Of a stretch of DNA of 64,000 nt, positions 10,019 through 18,942 are shown piece by piece. Each line of letters starts with the position of its first letter. The stretch's first letter is position 1. The stretch lies in IMG/VR virus record IMGVR_UViG_3300013108_000188. One strand, given 5' to 3'. The notes under the pieces were generated by a model that saw nothing but the letters and a program-made list of their open reading frames with translations, was not told the origin of the DNA and did not search any database. The translations under genes and the position numbers were made by a program. The DNA comes from a virus.

Positions 10019-11081
10019 CTGACTTGTTCTCCTGTTCTGTATGTTTGTCTACTTCGTCCCAATCTTTTTCATCTACGAGTTTTGTACACTCTTCTGATAC
10101 TTTACCAGAAGCATTAGCGTTTTTCTCGCATTCCATTTTAATTTTTATATCTCTTTTTCTTGCTTCTTTTTCTTCTTCTTTTTGTTTAAGATAGTCTTCG
10201 TATGTTTTCTCAACTTTTTCTTCACCTATCTCTACGGTAATTGGTGTTCCGTCATACTTATCTAAAGCGTGACCATCTTCTACATAATCTTTAATTTCTG
10301 GCACTATTGTTTCATCAATTTCCCATAAACCTTTTTTAGCACCTTCATTAATTAAATCTACTACACCTTTTTCTATTGCTTTTCTTACTGCATAGGTAAC
10401 TGGTTCGTTTCTTGCCACTCCCATTTCAATCTCTACTAACATTGTATCTGTATCTAGGTATTTAAATACATCTGCACCTGTTTCGCCTGAAAGTATAGTC
10501 TTTTCAACGGTTGTAGTTATTACTACTTCACCACTTTGTACATTAACTAATCTTAATATAATAGTAACCACATCTTGTCTGTATTGTTTGTGTGCTTGAA
10601 TACCTAATATTCTTGCACCAACACCACCAGATTTAGTATCACTATCATATCCTACTATACCACCTGTGATATATGCACCTGCGAATAGTAATGGTGGTAA
10701 AGGTTCTGCACCTTCACCATTTACTTGTTGTCTTGTAGACCTTATTAATTTTCTCTCTTGTAATAGACTTGGTAGACTTGCTCTTTCAACAACTCTAAAC
10801 CATTTGCCATCACCTGCGTCTTGTAATGCTTTAATTAATAATTGATATGACCCTTGCGTTACCGCTGTACTCATTGACGCAAAAGAACCACCTGGTTTCT
10901 TTTGTCCTGTCATATCTAAAAAATCATACACAGCAATTACTACTGGTTCACCTTTTGGCGAATTAATTTCTGTCAATCCTTTATATGATACCGTTTGAGT
11001 TCTTACATCAAAATCTGATTTTGTACTCGCACAACTACCCAAAAAGAGTGTAAGCAATAACAAAGATATAATTCTTAACAT
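9969..11081 (-). CDS. csgG: Curli secretion pore lipoprotein CsgG
   Basis: Lipobox LGSC; AVYDFLDMTGQKK, STAVTQG, WFRVVER, LLQERKLIR, GGIVGYD, NEPV. Confidence 0.93.
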   Translation of the reverse strand: MLRIISLLLLTLFLGSCASTKSDFDVRTQTVSYKGLTEINSPKGEPVVIAVYDFLDMTGQKKPGGSFASMSTAVTQGSYQLLIKALQDAGDGKWFRVVERASLPSLLQERKLIRSTRQQVNGEGAEPLPPLLFAGAYITGGIVGYDSDTKSGGVGARILGIQAHKQYRQDVVTIILRLVNVQSGEVVITTTVEKTILSGETGADVFKYLDTDTMLVEIEMGVARNEPVTYAVRKAIEKGVVDLINEGAKKGLWEIDETIVPEIKDYVEDGHALDKYDGTPITVEIGEEKVEKTYEDYLKQKEEEKEARKRDIKIKMECEKNANASGKVSEECTKLVDEKDWDEVDKHTEQENKSDEKDSNGNSDSSSDTN

Positions 11082-11089
11082 ATTTTTTC

Positions 11090-11548
11090 CTACGAGTTAT
11101 CTTCTTTAGGTAAAGTATAAGTTGTTACCGTACCATCTGATTCTGTTACCGTTACCACTACATTACCTGTACCTGATGGTGTAGTCCAAGTGACCACTTC
11201 TCCACCAACTGGTGATGTAAATGTACCAGAGTCTTGTTGTAGACCATCTGTACCGAATACATTGTCCGTAATTTGTTTTGCCAGAGCAGTATAGAATCTA
11301 CTCTCTAAATTTGCTTTGAATTTAGCTATAGCAGTTGCCTTTGCGTCTGCTGTTGCTTTATCAGCTGCCGCTTTGTTCGCTGCCTTGATTGCGTCTTTTC
11401 TAGTTTTCTCAATGTTCTCTATTGTTAAATAATGTGAAGACTTTCCTTTACCTGAAAACGAAGGACTATCAAATTCAAATGTTAGTTCGCTTGAGTATGC
11501 ACTAGAGATAAAGACAAGTGTAAGTATAATACTTGTAATGAATCTCAT
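11090..11548 (-). CDS. csgF: Curli assembly component CsgF
   Basis: Signal peptide then SELTFEFDSPSFSG (CsgF N-terminal pattern); directly upstream of csgG. Confidence 0.85.
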   Translation of the reverse strand: MRFITSIILTLVFISSAYSSELTFEFDSPSFSGKGKSSHYLTIENIEKTRKDAIKAANKAAADKATADAKATAIAKFKANLESRFYTALAKQITDNVFGTDGLQQDSGTFTSPVGGEVVTWTTPSGTGNVVVTVTESDGTVTTYTLPKEDNS

Positions 11549-11571
11549 AATTCTCCTAATAATTGCTATAA

Positions 11572-11579
11572 TATTTATA
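11572..11579 (-). promoter_or_regulatory. T4-type late promoter TATAAATA for the csgF operon
   Basis: Exact TATAAATA on the minus strand about 25 nt upstream of csgF; gp55 is encoded in this window. Confidence 0.8.
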
Positions 11580-11603
11580 ATAAATAGTCAGACGAGAATT
11601 GAT

Positions 11604-13229
11604 ATGAATCAAATATTTACTACAAGATGGTTTGCTTGTCTCACTTTTGTTATACTTCTTGGAATTTACTTGGTAAATCCAGTACTATTACAATCAACTA
11701 GACTAGCAACCTTTGATACTTACCAGAAATTTGGGACTCATTTAGATTCCAAATCTTTAGTCCTATTGGATATTTCAGACAAAGCACTTAAAAAGAACGG
11801 ACAATGGCCTTGGAAAAGAGATACACTTGGTCGCACTATAATTAATGCGTATAAAAATGGTGCCGCTCTAGTAGTATTACAAGTAGTCTTTCCTCATAAA
11901 GATAGACTAGGTGGTGATGAAATGTTTTTAAAGATGATACAAAAATATCCTGTCATACTAACTGAAACAAATGAAGTTAAAAATCTTATCAGTATATCCA
12001 GAAGAGCATTAGCAATAGGTAATGTATCTGTACCTGTTGATATAGATGGTACTATAAGAAAACTACCTCTGGATAAATCAATACCTGAAGTCGTATTAAA
12101 AGTAATAAAATTTCCTACACCTGAAGTAGATAATATTTGGTTAGATTTTAGACATCATATTCCTAGAGTAGATTTTACAGATAAAGATTGGTCATCTATG
12201 AAAGGTAAAATAGTTTTCATAGGTACTACATTTAAAGGTTCTACTTTTGCATTAACTCCAAATGGTTTAAAAAACACACACGAAATTATGGCAGTTAGTA
12301 CAGAAACTTTATTGTCTGGTAAATATATTAGTAGACCACATTGGTTATCTAGTTTAGAATTTTTTTATATAATAATAGGTTGTGTAATACTATTGTTTTT
12401 TATTCCTAAATTAGGTGTATTATCTTCTGCATTAATGTATGCTGGTTACTCTATACCTATCGCACTAGGAAGTATATATCTATGGACACAAAATTTATAT
12501 CTAACTGATTGGTTAAGTCCATTAGTAATAGGTACTTTAGTTTCAGGTCATTTAATATACAATAATTTTGCTAGAGAAAATAGATTGAAACTACAAATTA
12601 AAAAACAATTTGAACATTATCTAGCACCTCAAATGGTTAAAAAATTACAACAAAATCCATCACTATTAAAACTAGGTGGAGAGAGAAAAGAAATGACATT
12701 TTTGTTTTCTGATATAAGAGGTTTTACTCCTATAACTGAATCAATGAAAGGCGAACCAGAAAAGGTTGCTAAGTATGTTAATAAGTTTCTTACTGCAATG
12801 ACAAGTATAATACTTAAAAATGGTGGCACTATTGATAAGTATATGGGTGATTGTATAATGGCATTTTGGAATGCACCACTTGATAATCCAGAACATAAAA
12901 GACTAGCAATATTATCTGCGTATCAAATGAGAAGAACCGTTAGAGAAATGAATAAGAGTGGAGAGTTTAACCCACCTTTAAATATTGGTATAGGTATCAA
13001 TACAGGCGATTGTCTTGTAGGTAATATGGGTAGTGAACAAAGGTTTGACTATTCTGTTATCGGTGACGCTGTTAATCTTGCAAGTAGATTAGAAGGTCAA
13101 AGTAAAGAATTCAATACAACTATTGTAATATCAGAAAATAGTATCGCTGGAGATTTGCCGTTCTATAAACTTGGTAAAGTTAAAGTAAAAGGTAAAGAAG
13201 AAAAGATTAATTGTTATTCTATTAAGTAA
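11604..13229 (+). CDS. CHASE2-domain membrane class III adenylate cyclase
   Basis: TM helix, CHASE2 motifs (GQWPWKR, DIDGTIR, GKIVFIG), 3 TM helices, then cyclase motifs FSDIRGFT, IDKYMGDCIMAFW, GINTG, RFDYSVIGDAVNLASRLE, VKGK; start moved to MNQIF to avoid overlap with csgF. Confidence 0.93.
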   Translation: MNQIFTTRWFACLTFVILLGIYLVNPVLLQSTRLATFDTYQKFGTHLDSKSLVLLDISDKALKKNGQWPWKRDTLGRTIINAYKNGAALVVLQVVFPHKDRLGGDEMFLKMIQKYPVILTETNEVKNLISISRRALAIGNVSVPVDIDGTIRKLPLDKSIPEVVLKVIKFPTPEVDNIWLDFRHHIPRVDFTDKDWSSMKGKIVFIGTTFKGSTFALTPNGLKNTHEIMAVSTETLLSGKYISRPHWLSSLEFFYIIIGCVILLFFIPKLGVLSSALMYAGYSIPIALGSIYLWTQNLYLTDWLSPLVIGTLVSGHLIYNNFARENRLKLQIKKQFEHYLAPQMVKKLQQNPSLLKLGGERKEMTFLFSDIRGFTPITESMKGEPEKVAKYVNKFLTAMTSIILKNGGTIDKYMGDCIMAFWNAPLDNPEHKRLAILSAYQMRRTVREMNKSGEFNPPLNIGIGINTGDCLVGNMGSEQRFDYSVIGDAVNLASRLEGQSKEFNTTIVISENSIAGDLPFYKLGKVKVKGKEEKINCYSIK

Positions 13230-13391
13230 TTAATCATAGCTAATCAACACAAATTTAATCAATGCTACGAAAATTATAAATGTTGTGATTGATATTTTTG
13301 TATATATTGCTATGAAATTTCCTAGTCTGAAAGACCAGTATATAACTGCCCATAATATAATTAAATTTATTAATAATAAATGTGTATTCAT
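13230..13391 (-). CDS. 53-aa membrane protein (2 TM)
   Basis: Manual translation MNTHLLLINLIILWAVIYWSFRLGNFIAIYTKISITTFIIFVALIKFVLISYD. Confidence 0.5.
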   Translation of the reverse strand: MNTHLLLINLIILWAVIYWSFRLGNFIAIYTKISITTFIIFVALIKFVLISYD

Positions 13392-13408
13392 CTGTCTTTA
13401 AACAGATA

Positions 13409-13573
13409 TTACTTTTTATCTGTCAATTTGTTTATAAGTTCAAAAGCTACTTTAACTTTTTCTTCTAACACTTTTATTCTATAATGTGATTGTGCTAAGG
13501 TTACTATTAAAATGATAAATGCCACAAACATTGGCCACAATCTACTTATCATTAATACTAAATCTGCGTCCAT
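13409..13573 (-). CDS. 54-aa single-TM protein
   Basis: Manual translation MDADLVLMISRLWPMFVAFIILIVTLAQSHYRIKVLEEKVKVAFELINKLTDKK. Confidence 0.6.
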   Translation of the reverse strand: MDADLVLMISRLWPMFVAFIILIVTLAQSHYRIKVLEEKVKVAFELINKLTDKK

Positions 13574-13576
13574 AAA

Positions 13577-13942
13577 TTACTCTTTGTTCTTTGGTTTTTT
13601 CTCCTCTGGTTCATAATATTCTTTATATGCGTCAATCAAATCGTTGGTTGCTTTCATATGATTTCTAATTTGAGCAAAGTTTTTAGCGATTAATTGAAAA
13701 TCTTTATCTGTTAAACCAAATAACACAGGATCAATACCTTCATCTTCTAACTTCTGGAATACTTCAGCAGCATTATCAGAAGTAATGATAATCCATTTAA
13801 GTTTTTCTAATTGTGGTAAGGTTGGTTTTTGTAATTCTAATTTTTGTCTTTCAACTTCTGTTGTGAATATGTCAAGTTTTTTAATACTTGAGCATCCAGT
13901 TAAAAGGACTATGAATAAAATACTAATTACTATACGGTACAT
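13577..13942 (-). CDS. Lipoprotein, putative o-spanin
   Basis: Lipobox LLTGC; overlaps the 3' end of an upstream TM/coiled-coil gene. Confidence 0.6.
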   Translation of the reverse strand: MYRIVISILFIVLLTGCSSIKKLDIFTTEVERQKLELQKPTLPQLEKLKWIIITSDNAAEVFQKLEDEGIDPVLFGLTDKDFQLIAKNFAQIRNHMKATNDLIDAYKEYYEPEEKKPKNKE

Positions 13943-14399
13943 AATTTGGGTTCGCTATACTTGGACATTCTCTATTAATTTCAGATTTCTTTGTAGCTTT
14001 AATTTCTGCTTCTGTTAAGGCAGCGCCACCAGCAATTTCAACACAACGCATAACATTATCGCTACCTCTATTGATTATTTTCTGTATGACTTTCGTTTTT
14101 TCTAATGCAAGTTTACCAAAGTCTCTTCCACCTTTAGTAAATCTCTTGTCTAAATCTTGTAAATCCTTTTGAAGTTTATTCATAAGAGTATTCATCTTAT
14201 TATTTGCTTCAAGGATTTTACCAAAGTCTTCTTTTTGTTGGGCTATAACTTTCTTTTGACCTTCAACGGCAGCTTCTAACTTAACTTGATTAGCTTTTAA
14301 AATTGCATTGTCCTTCTGCAATTTCATAACATAGAGACCTGCACCTGCAAGTCCACTAATCATTATTACAACCATTGCCATTTTCATATAACCAAACAT
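13923..14399 (-). CDS. Putative i-spanin
   Basis: N-terminal TM helix, long coiled coil, two Cys near the C-terminus. Confidence 0.6.
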   Translation of the reverse strand: MFGYMKMAMVVIMISGLAGAGLYVMKLQKDNAILKANQVKLEAAVEGQKKVIAQQKEDFGKILEANNKMNTLMNKLQKDLQDLDKRFTKGGRDFGKLALEKTKVIQKIINRGSDNVMRCVEIAGGAALTEAEIKATKKSEINRECPSIANPNYVPYSN

Positions 14400-14408
14400 A
14401 AGTTTACT

Positions 14409-14516
14409 CTACTTCCAGAATTTTAATTTTTTAACTAAACCCGCTAGGTCTTCAAACTTCTCATTAACATACCAACCTAAAGCGAATCCTATAATAAGTC
14501 CTATTGTTAAAAACAT
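14409..14516 (-). CDS. 35-aa membrane peptide
   Basis: MFLTIGLIIGFALGWYVNEKFEDLAGLVKKLKFWK fills the intergenic gap. Confidence 0.55.
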   Translation of the reverse strand: MFLTIGLIIGFALGWYVNEKFEDLAGLVKKLKFWK

Positions 14517-14788
14517 TATTTCTTCCTTCCTTTAAGATTGACCAGCTCTAATTTCATTTTAGCCACCTGGTCTTCTAGTTTATTTATCTTCGCACTTAAC
14601 GATGGAAACTTCTTAATTAGTTTCTCTTCCTTCGTTAATACATCTAAATTATATCTTTTAGCTGCCCAATTATAACATTGGTCTACCTTCTTATAAAACC
14701 AATGTCCCATTTTTGTTTTTTTAAACCACGCATTGGTACTTTGACCAATGATAGCACCCATACAGGATTTTACTATAAAGAACCACAT
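14516..14788 (-). CDS. Hypothetical protein
   Basis: Likely start MWFFIVK right after the upstream stop codon. Confidence 0.6.
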   Translation of the reverse strand: MWFFIVKSCMGAIIGQSTNAWFKKTKMGHWFYKKVDQCYNWAAKRYNLDVLTKEEKLIKKFPSLSAKINKLEDQVAKMKLELVNLKGRKK

Positions 14789-14789
14789 A

Positions 14790-15272
14790 TTATTTCTTTG
14801 GTTTTGCTCCTCTTGGTGCCGAGCTATTAATTGCCCAACGGCCGAACATTCTAACTGCGTAATAGGCAGATAAAATTTTAAATTTTGAGACAGAAGGTTC
14901 AGCATATTCCATACCTTGTCTGAATATGTTATCTGCTATTGCTCTATATTCTTCTCTCTCACTTTTACTTTTAATAGTACCTTCTTTAAATGCACCATTA
15001 ATTTTTTCATAAAGTATATCGTGTACTACTGCCGCTCTTGCAACATCAAACGGAGCTATTACTGCCCAAGCTATTCTTGGTACACTAGCTAAATCTGTGA
15101 TGTATCCAGCAGGTACGGTAACTTCGCCATTATCTTTAACTGCAACTCCACATCTTGCTAATTTACTTATCTCTACTTCGTTTAAATCTGCTACGAATTT
15201 TAACGCATTATTTAATACCCAATTTCTTGGTGGTAAAAATATAGCGTCAAGCAGTCCATTAAATCTACTCAT
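14790..15272 (-). CDS. DUF1353-like protein
   Basis: VPAGYITDLASVP, AAVVHDILY, AD..F, AVRMFG. Confidence 0.8.
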   Translation of the reverse strand: MSRFNGLLDAIFLPPRNWVLNNALKFVADLNEVEISKLARCGVAVKDNGEVTVPAGYITDLASVPRIAWAVIAPFDVARAAVVHDILYEKINGAFKEGTIKSKSEREEYRAIADNIFRQGMEYAEPSVSKFKILSAYYAVRMFGRWAINSSAPRGAKPKK

Positions 15273-15279
15273 ATTTGTC

Positions 15280-15975
15280 CTATGGTTTCCTATCTTTTAG
15301 ATTCTGTTTAAATTTCTTATCGAATCTTTTAATTTTTCTATCCAAAACTTTAGCTTTAAGTCTGATAGAAATTTCTTTTTTTAAAGTTGGATCTGTTTGA
15401 GAAACTAATCCTACAGACCTCATTGTTCTATGTCTACCTTTAGGTGGTGTATCACCTAGAGCAGCAATAGGGTGCATTGCACCATAACTTCCACTACCTA
15501 TATTAAAAGCACCAAATTCTTTTAACCCAGCTTTTTCTAATACAGATTTCTTAACAGGTTCTTCTACAAATTCTATTTCATTTTTCCCATAAGATTTTTC
15601 ATCTACTATAACATCTATCTTATCCATTTGGTCTAGTATCTGATTTAAAAGAACACTATTAGTTTCTTTGTTTTCTTTGACCGTAGTACCAAGTCTTGTC
15701 ATAATTTCTTTTTTCTTTTTCTTATCTTGTACTGCGTCTGGTGGCATAGATACACCACCTCCTGCAACTGAATTAACAGGTGCGTCTTCTATTTGAAAAC
15801 CTAATTTCTTTTTTTCTTTTTCATAAGCGTCTGCGTCTGCTTTAGTATGAAATATAACCTGTACGGTATTTTGACCTGGTCTTTTCATCCGTACTATATA
15901 TTTACCACCGACAACTTTCGCTTCGTTCTTCTTATCTTTTAAGTACTTCATCAATATCTCTTTAACTGATGGCAT
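15280..15975 (-). CDS. Hypothetical protein (possible internal head protein)
   Basis: Lys-rich ORF with EDAPVNSV..GGV motif. Confidence 0.6.
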   Translation of the reverse strand: MPSVKEILMKYLKDKKNEAKVVGGKYIVRMKRPGQNTVQVIFHTKADADAYEKEKKKLGFQIEDAPVNSVAGGGVSMPPDAVQDKKKKKEIMTRLGTTVKENKETNSVLLNQILDQMDKIDVIVDEKSYGKNEIEFVEEPVKKSVLEKAGLKEFGAFNIGSGSYGAMHPIAALGDTPPKGRHRTMRSVGLVSQTDPTLKKEISIRLKAKVLDRKIKRFDKKFKQNLKDRKP

Positions 15976-16537
15976 TTAAATAATCTCCTGGGACTAATCG
16001 TCCATTTATATTATATATGTCCATACCTAACGCTGTAGTATATGGTTTCGTGTCCTCGTTGCATTGTACTATCGTTCCTTTCGGAAGAAAGTTATCTCCA
16101 TCAAATAAGTCGGACTTCAAATCATACTTACCTGATTTTAAAACTCTTTCATTAAAGTATTCTTCATTAAGAGTTTCAGTATAGTTAAATTCATCTATAC
16201 TTTTTAAATATTTATAGCAAGTTCGTTCTATATTCTTACCGTGTTCACTATAAAAATCTTTATCTTCTTTTAAAAGTAATCCTAATGCAACTGCAAAAGA
16301 ACCTAACTTACTACCTAGACCAACTTTACCTAGTATTCGTTTCATATTAAATACGAATCTATGCAACATAGTATAAGATGATTTTTCTTTACTAGTTTTT
16401 AATAGTCTATACGGTTTTAGCACTTTACCTTTATCGTCTATAATACCTGTCTTAAACGCTTCGTGGTTTTTAAATGGAGTAACCAATAATTTAATTACTC
16501 TATATGCTATTAATAAGTCTACTGCTCTACTTGCCAT
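15962..16537 (-). CDS. Conserved T4-like phage protein
   Basis: YRVIKLLVTPF..AFKTGIIDDKG..YT.LHRFVFNMKR, typical of marine T4-like phages. Confidence 0.7.
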   Translation of the reverse strand: MASRAVDLLIAYRVIKLLVTPFKNHEAFKTGIIDDKGKVLKPYRLLKTSKEKSSYTMLHRFVFNMKRILGKVGLGSKLGSFAVALGLLLKEDKDFYSEHGKNIERTCYKYLKSIDEFNYTETLNEEYFNERVLKSGKYDLKSDLFDGDNFLPKGTIVQCNEDTKPYTTALGMDIYNINGRLVPGDYLNAIS

Positions 16538-16899
16538 TATAAGTTCCTTAATTCTAATTTAATGTATTCGTCTTCCGTCAGATTTTCAAGTTCTTTCGGA
16601 TACAAATAGTTTAAATAACTAAAAACAGACTTTAGTAAAGGCCAATACTTCGTGTCGTTTTTATATAACAACAAAGTAATACAGGCATCCACTCCAAAGA
16701 CATTTTGTAGTACGACAATATGATTGATAACAAGTCTTATCTTTACTTCACCTGTTAATTCATATTTCCGAAACAATCTTTTGATGTATTTAAATCGCTT
16801 AATATCATCCCAAAATTCTTTTTCAGTTTCAAAAGTTGGATTATCATAATGCTTTTGAGCATATAATAACCAATTATCTTCGGTTATCTGTTTGAACAT
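16537..16899 (-). CDS. Conserved T4-like phage protein
   Basis: YDNP..EFWDDIKRFKYIKRLF..RLVINHIVVLQNVFG. Confidence 0.75.
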   Translation of the reverse strand: MFKQITEDNWLLYAQKHYDNPTFETEKEFWDDIKRFKYIKRLFRKYELTGEVKIRLVINHIVVLQNVFGVDACITLLLYKNDTKYWPLLKSVFSYLNYLYPKELENLTEDEYIKLELRNL

Positions 16900-16905
16900 T
16901 ATTGT

Positions 16906-17337
16906 CTACACTAATTTAGCGTAAACCTTTGATGAACCGTTAGACAATGTTTCGTATTTTACTTCTAATTTTAAATTATCAATACCAGGTCCATTATCTA
17001 CTACCACATCTTCAGGTTTAGTATCAGTTGTTTTTCCGTAAGTACCACCGAATTGTTTTACTTCACCAGTTACCGTTCCAGAAGTTCCTTCTAATTTCAT
17101 AGGACTAATATCTAATCCTATTCTCATTAGATTTTCTCTTAATTTGTCAACTGCAAATTGTGGTTTAATGTATTCCATATTTCCTACACTACCAACAAAA
17201 GCATTAACTCTATCTAAAACTCTTTGGTCTTTTAAATTCGCCGTACCTAAAGAACCGTCTTCAACTGCGTTTGAAGTTTGTACATTGACAGCACTTGCTG
17301 ACTTGTCTTCCTTTAAGTGTTCTCTAAAAGTTTTCAT
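16906..17337 (-). CDS. Hypothetical protein with capsid-targeting-like N-terminus
   Basis: Begins MKTFREHLKE. Confidence 0.65.
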   Translation of the reverse strand: MKTFREHLKEDKSASAVNVQTSNAVEDGSLGTANLKDQRVLDRVNAFVGSVGNMEYIKPQFAVDKLRENLMRIGLDISPMKLEGTSGTVTGEVKQFGGTYGKTTDTKPEDVVVDNGPGIDNLKLEVKYETLSNGSSKVYAKLV

Positions 17338-17439
17338 TTTTTCTCCTCTTTATCATTTATAGTTTGATTTGATTCTTCCTTATTTGGTTGAACCAAATCT
17401 TCCTCAAATTCTTCTAACTCTTTATCCGAGTTATCTATG

Positions 17440-17682
17440 TTATTTTTTATCTTCTCCATCTTCTTTTCCTTTAAGTTCTTGGTTAGCTTCCCTTAAAGTC
17501 AAATCGCTATCTGCTTTTCGCAAAAATTTTTCACAAACTTGTACTGCACCGTGTAAGGCATTTAGTTGTGATTTCGCACTTGCTAAATCTGTTTCTAATT
17601 TATTTACACTTTCAGTTAAAGCAGCTCGTTCTTTGTATAATTGATTAAATTCTTTCTCAATTATTGCTAATGATATTGCCAT
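17440..17682 (-). CDS. Small coiled-coil protein
   Basis: 80-aa ORF with GGAG RBS. Confidence 0.6.
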   Translation of the reverse strand: MAISLAIIEKEFNQLYKERAALTESVNKLETDLASAKSQLNALHGAVQVCEKFLRKADSDLTLREANQELKGKEDGEDKK

Positions 17683-17706
17683 TATAAACTCCTATAATAA
17701 TATTAA

Positions 17707-18156
17707 TTATGCTACTGCGTATCCGTGACCAGCGATTATATTCCATTTACTATTTTTGAATAATAATGTAACCGATTCTCCTTCTGCATTAAGAGTAATA
17801 GTTGAGTGTCCTCTTAAATTAGTTGGTGTGATTACGCAATTGTTTGCTCCAGTACCAATAGTTATTAATGTTTTAATTTGTCCATCAGAACCATCTGCTA
17901 GTGTTAATGCTGTTGCACCACCACTTTGGTCTACTTCTGATATTGCTGAGGTAACATTAGCCGCTGTACTAGATGAAGTTAATGCTTCACTAGCTTGGCC
18001 TAGTCCTATAAAACTAGGTATGTTATTGAAAACATTTTTTGCTGTTACCTTTTTATTTATTGGTGTGTTTGAAGGATCGTCAACAATGTGAAACAAATCC
18101 ACATCTGCTAACGCTGTGCCCAGGTCATCCAGGGCGGTGATTTTTTTGTCTGCCAT
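17707..18156 (-). CDS. Putative virion structural protein
   Basis: MADKKITAL start, Thr/Ala/Gly-rich beta body, late promoter upstream. Confidence 0.6.
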   Translation of the reverse strand: MADKKITALDDLGTALADVDLFHIVDDPSNTPINKKVTAKNVFNNIPSFIGLGQASEALTSSSTAANVTSAISEVDQSGGATALTLADGSDGQIKTLITIGTGANNCVITPTNLRGHSTITLNAEGESVTLLFKNSKWNIIAGHGYAVA

Positions 18157-18222
18157 TTTTTTCTCCTATAATTCCGATTTAACGGTAAACTACTCCGTAC
18201 ATCATATACGGACCATCTATAC

Positions 18223-18230
18223 TATTTATA
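18223..18230 (-). promoter_or_regulatory. T4-type late promoter TATAAATA
   Basis: Exact motif directly downstream of a terminator. Confidence 0.75.
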
Positions 18231-18234
18231 CAAA

Positions 18235-18262
18235 TAAAAAAGGGGACCATAAGGTCCCCTTT
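18235..18262 (-). terminator. Rho-independent terminator
   Basis: GGGGACC-TTAT-GGTCCCC hairpin followed by a T run on the minus strand. Confidence 0.85.
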
Positions 18263-18293
18263 GATATTATTACTAGATTTTGTTAGTTATCTA

Positions 18294-18878
18294 TTAACTT
18301 CCAACCGTAATAGTTCCAGCAGCTGATCCAACACCTGCTGAGATAGTTCTTACTGCGTTTCCGCCACCGATAGCATCCACTATTGTTGCGCCATTCAAAT
18401 TAATTGATTGAGCAGCAATTGATATTACATCATTTGCATTAACATTAGCGTTTGTAGCAGTTGCTGAAAAAGAAAGTGTATCTCTTGTTCCTGCACCACC
18501 ATCCATCGTTAAAGTAATTGAGGAAGCTCCTCCACTACCTGCTTGGTCATTAGAAACATACATTAGAGGCGAACCACCTGCAATTGTAACCTGTTCATTA
18601 AAGTGAACCTCTACCGTAATAGTTGATCCACCTGCACCTGAAATTGTTTGTCCAACTGCAAAGTTCACAGCGTCAATAGTTGCTTGTCCTAATTGTGTTG
18701 CTAAATCACCAATAGCGACTAATACTTCTGGAGTTGCGTTTGCGTTATCGTTTCCTGACGCTGCCGTACCCGCTTGTTGAACCCAACCACTTGAATTAGC
18801 ATAGACTTCTTTTTTCTGTGCTGCTGTTAGATTCTTTGGTTTCGACTCGTCATTTGTGTCTGCTCCCCATAGTCCCAT
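18294..18878 (-). CDS. Putative virion structural protein with Ig-like C-terminal domain
   Basis: MGLWG start, EVLVAI, VHFNEQVT; CATAAATA late-promoter variant upstream (18927-18934) and its own terminator. Confidence 0.6.
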   Translation of the reverse strand: MGLWGADTNDESKPKNLTAAQKKEVYANSSGWVQQAGTAASGNDNANATPEVLVAIGDLATQLGQATIDAVNFAVGQTISGAGGSTITVEVHFNEQVTIAGGSPLMYVSNDQAGSGGASSITLTMDGGAGTRDTLSFSATATNANVNANDVISIAAQSINLNGATIVDAIGGGNAVRTISAGVGSAAGTITVGS

Positions 18879-18942
18879 AATAGTCTCCTTATTAAATTTA
18901 ATTAATTAAACTTGATTAATCTGTTATATTTATGAATAATGA

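Noticed and set aside
11604-13229. Pycsar/CBASS-type defence cyclase
   Set aside because: The CHASE2-TM architecture and adenine-specifying residues fit a sensory adenylate cyclase, and there is no adjacent effector gene
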